A stretch of 6,132 bases of DNA from Candidatus Iainarchaeum sp. GTDB lineage: Archaea; Iainarchaeota; Iainarchaeia; Iainarchaeales; 0-14-0-20-30-16. The stretch lies in assembly GCA_903916665.1 (NCBI GenBank), contig CAIWXP010000087.1, forward strand, positions 1 through 6,132, written 5' to 3'. The notes below the pieces were generated by a model. That model was not told the origin of the DNA. It saw only the letters and a program-made list of their open reading frames with translations, and searched no databases. Within the stretch, counting starts at the first letter, position 1. The number at the start of each line of letters is the position of its first letter. The position numbers were made by a program, and so were the translations under genes. This document shows, one piece after another, positions 4,263-6,132 of the stretch.

Positions 4263-6132
4263 GAGGATATTAACTTAGATCAGAATACAGTTAGTTCGCC
4301 TAATGATATTAACGTAATAGGTACAATAACTCAAGATGCTAATGTTCCTTTGCTAGTTGATACTAACATAGACGCAAATACAATTGTAGATAATAATGTA
4401 ATTAGCCAAGATTCCAATGATTTAAATGTAATATTGCCAGATATCAATGATGTAAATATAGTTAGCACAAATATTTTATTACCTTCTATTATTGATTCAA
4501 ATAAAGACTTAAATAAAATAATTGTTTCTGCAAATCCCGATGAGAATATAACTTACCTATCTACTTGCCCCGGTACAGATATAAATAAATATTTGGATGA
4601 AAATATATTTTTGAATGCAACATTAATAAAGAATACATCTGTTCCCTGTTTTGATTTAAACTATGTAAATGCCGACACTAATTTTTTATCAATAGATTGT
4701 AATGGAAATACAATAAGCGCACAAAATGTATTCTCTTTAGAAAATAGTGATATAAATTATATTGAATTTAAGAATTGTAATTTTACACACGATGGTAGTA
4801 CAATATTTTATGATAACAATTCTAATGTAACAAATTATTATCTTTTTGATAATAATATTGTGTTTACTAGTGGTAATATATATGCTTCAAACTCTATTGA
4901 TTATTGGAATCAATCGCAAATAATTAAAGGAAACATAGACATTAATCTTTTTGATACAAACTATACTACTTTAAATTCGTGGGCTTATTTACCAGGATTT
5001 AATATTTGTGCAACCGATATAAACAGTTTTACAGTTAGTAATTATAATTATCCTTTAAAATATGGTAATAGTCCTGTATTTCAATTTTATGTTGGCGATA
5101 TAAATAAAATAAATATTTTGAGTACTGATATAAATTCAGTCAATTTATTGGATATGGTAGTTCAAAATAATTATTATTACCCTAGACCTTCAAATATAGA
5201 ATTAGATATTAATTTTTTTAATAGTGTAATATTATCTTATACTGGTGAGAATTTATTCAACATAAATAATTATTCTATTGATACCTTAAATATATTTGAT
5301 TTAAATGTTGGTTGTAGTGATTATTATATTCAAAATGTTTGTAATATATTAAATTATAATGGTGGTTTACAAGATGTAAACCATATATTATTGTATGGCG
5401 TTAATACTAGATCTGGTAATAATAATAATTTTAATATTTTTAATTTTACTGGTGTTAAAACACATAGATCAGTAGATATAAATATTGTAGATAGTGATTT
5501 GAATTTTTCAGGATATAACAATTTTATTACTTCTGGTTCGGATTATACTTTTGATCATTTTAATTTAAATATAGAAGATAGTAATTTATATTCTGCAAAT
5601 ATTGATAGATTATCTAATGTTGATACAAGTAATTCAATAATAACAATTAATAATTCTAATTTAATTGATTTTAATATAACAGATTCTAATTTTACGTTAG
5701 ATTCATTGTTTAATATAACAGATTCAAACGTAAATGGATTAATTTATAACAATTTATTCCAAGACATAAATACAAATAATGATTTTATTGTAACTTCTGG
5801 AAATAATAATTTAGCTTTTGATTTTAACACATCATTAGCAATAGATTCGTTAAAAAGACATCAAATATTAAATAATGAAACATCAAAATATATTGGTGGA
5901 AATTTATGGTTAAACAATGATGGAAATAATTTATGTACTACTGATGGCGCAGATGATTATAATGGAATATGTGATATTCCAATTAACATAAATGCTACTG
6001 GTTATAGTTTTGTAGACAATTTGCCAATAATTTCTTTTGGTAATGGTTTAACTGGTTGCCCAGGTATTGATATAAATAATTATTTGGGAACAAATATTGT
6101 ATTAGTTAATGATCTTATTAAATCAACATCTG
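4188..6132 (+). CDS. Secreted beta-helix (NosD/PbH1-like) adhesin-like protein, paralog of gene 1, 3' partial (last complete codon ends 6131)
   Basis: This frame is closed by TAG 4128-4130 and then has no stop to the window end (648 codons). The first ATG at 4188 encodes MNNNR + LVFSLLFILVFFSLFLFVL + SED, a signal peptide. It carries the module-start motif CPGTDINKYL...LIKNTS...PC...SIDCNGNTI and the cap IYNNLF...YIGGNLW...NGICD...VDNLPI. It is absent from the supplied track only because it has no stop in the window. Confidence 0.85.
   Translation, partial: MNNNRLVFSLLFILVFFSLFLFVLSEDINLDQNTVSSPNDINVIGTITQDANVPLLVDTNIDANTIVDNNVISQDSNDLNVILPDINDVNIVSTNILLPSIIDSNKDLNKIIVSANPDENITYLSTCPGTDINKYLDENIFLNATLIKNTSVPCFDLNYVNADTNFLSIDCNGNTISAQNVFSLENSDINYIEFKNCNFTHDGSTIFYDNNSNVTNYYLFDNNIVFTSGNIYASNSIDYWNQSQIIKGNIDINLFDTNYTTLNSWAYLPGFNICATDINSFTVSNYNYPLKYGNSPVFQFYVGDINKINILSTDINSVNLLDMVVQNNYYYPRPSNIELDINFFNSVILSYTGENLFNINNYSIDTLNIFDLNVGCSDYYIQNVCNILNYNGGLQDVNHILLYGVNTRSGNNNNFNIFNFTGVKTHRSVDINIVDSDLNFSGYNNFITSGSDYTFDHFNLNIEDSNLYSANIDRLSNVDTSNSIITINNSNLIDFNITDSNFTLDSLFNITDSNVNGLIYNNLFQDINTNNDFIVTSGNNNLAFDFNTSLAIDSLKRHQILNNETSKYIGGNLWLNNDGNNLCTTDGADDYNGICDIPININATGYSFVDNLPIISFGNGLTGCPGIDINNYLGTNIVLVNDLIKSTS
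4566..6026 (+). other. Gene 2 complete beta-helix module 1 (CPG start motif to GGNLW...NLP cap)
   Basis: It starts at C127-P-G (TGC 4566-4568) with CPGTDINKYLDENIFLNATLIKNTSVPCFDLNYVNADTNFLSIDCNGNTISA. This resembles the usual N-terminal rung of NosD-like proteins (L..DL....C..I....h.hDCNGhTI.G). The cap is IYNNLF at 5742, GGNLW at 5895-5909 and NLP ending at 6026. Confidence 0.6.
6057..6132 (+). other. Start of a second beta-helix module in gene 2
   Basis: CPGIDINNYLGTNIVLVNDLIKSTS repeats CPGTDINKYLDENIFLNATLIKNTS from 4566-4640, exactly 497 codons downstream. Confidence 0.6.

Noticed and set aside
17-6077. D-x-N motif as a bacterial-type extended N-glycosylation sequon (D/E-x-N-x-S/T)
   Set aside because: Only a minority of the D-x-N sites are followed by S/T at +2 from the Asn (e.g. 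DVNNS, DLNDS, DVNVS, DLNFS, DFNIT, DFNTS). Most are not, so the sequon cannot explain the coupling.
935-6077. Recurrent 9-mers (GATATAAAT, GATTTAAAT and similar) as a dispersed DNA repeat or CRISPR-like array
   Set aside because: Spacing is irregular and every copy is in-frame as Asp-Ile/Leu-Asn codons. They are a by-product of the protein motif and codon bias, not a nucleotide-level repeat element.
1-6132. Alternative genetic code, programmed frameshift or pseudogenisation
   Set aside because: Both long frames read through cleanly under the standard code, with no internal stops or frame changes needed to maintain domain continuity.

Overview
Very AT-rich window (about a quarter G+C by eye, not computed), almost entirely coding. 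It holds two + strand genes for very large Asn/Asp-rich modular cell-surface proteins, separated by a 52-nt spacer. Gene 1 is open from the left edge (nt 2) to TAA 4133-4135, so the M at 71 in the ORF track is probably internal. It reads: right-handed parallel beta-helix (NosD/PbH1-like) ending in a YNNxF...GGNxW...GICD...PL cap, six tandem CARDB-like Ig-fold domains, a GC-rich Gly/Ser hinge, a PGF-pre-PGF domain, an Asn-rich linker with N-glycosylation sequons, and a C-terminal TM anchor with a basic tail. Gene 2 (ATG 4188) runs off the right edge and so is missing from the supplied ORF track. It has a classical signal peptide, a D-x-N quasi-repeat stalk and a complete ~500-aa beta-helix module with the same cap, then restarts a second module at the window end. 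This domain grammar is typical of archaeal adhesin-like surface proteins (methanogen or DPANN-type host), but the lineage cannot be fixed from this window. I saw no rRNA/tRNA, CRISPR or mobile-element signals. Main points of interest: the tandem paralogous adhesin locus, a Cys-bracketed cap variant, a PGF-pre-PGF domain without a PGF-CTERM signal, strong D-x-N positional coupling, module reiteration in gene 2, and a 39-nt in-frame tandem duplication.
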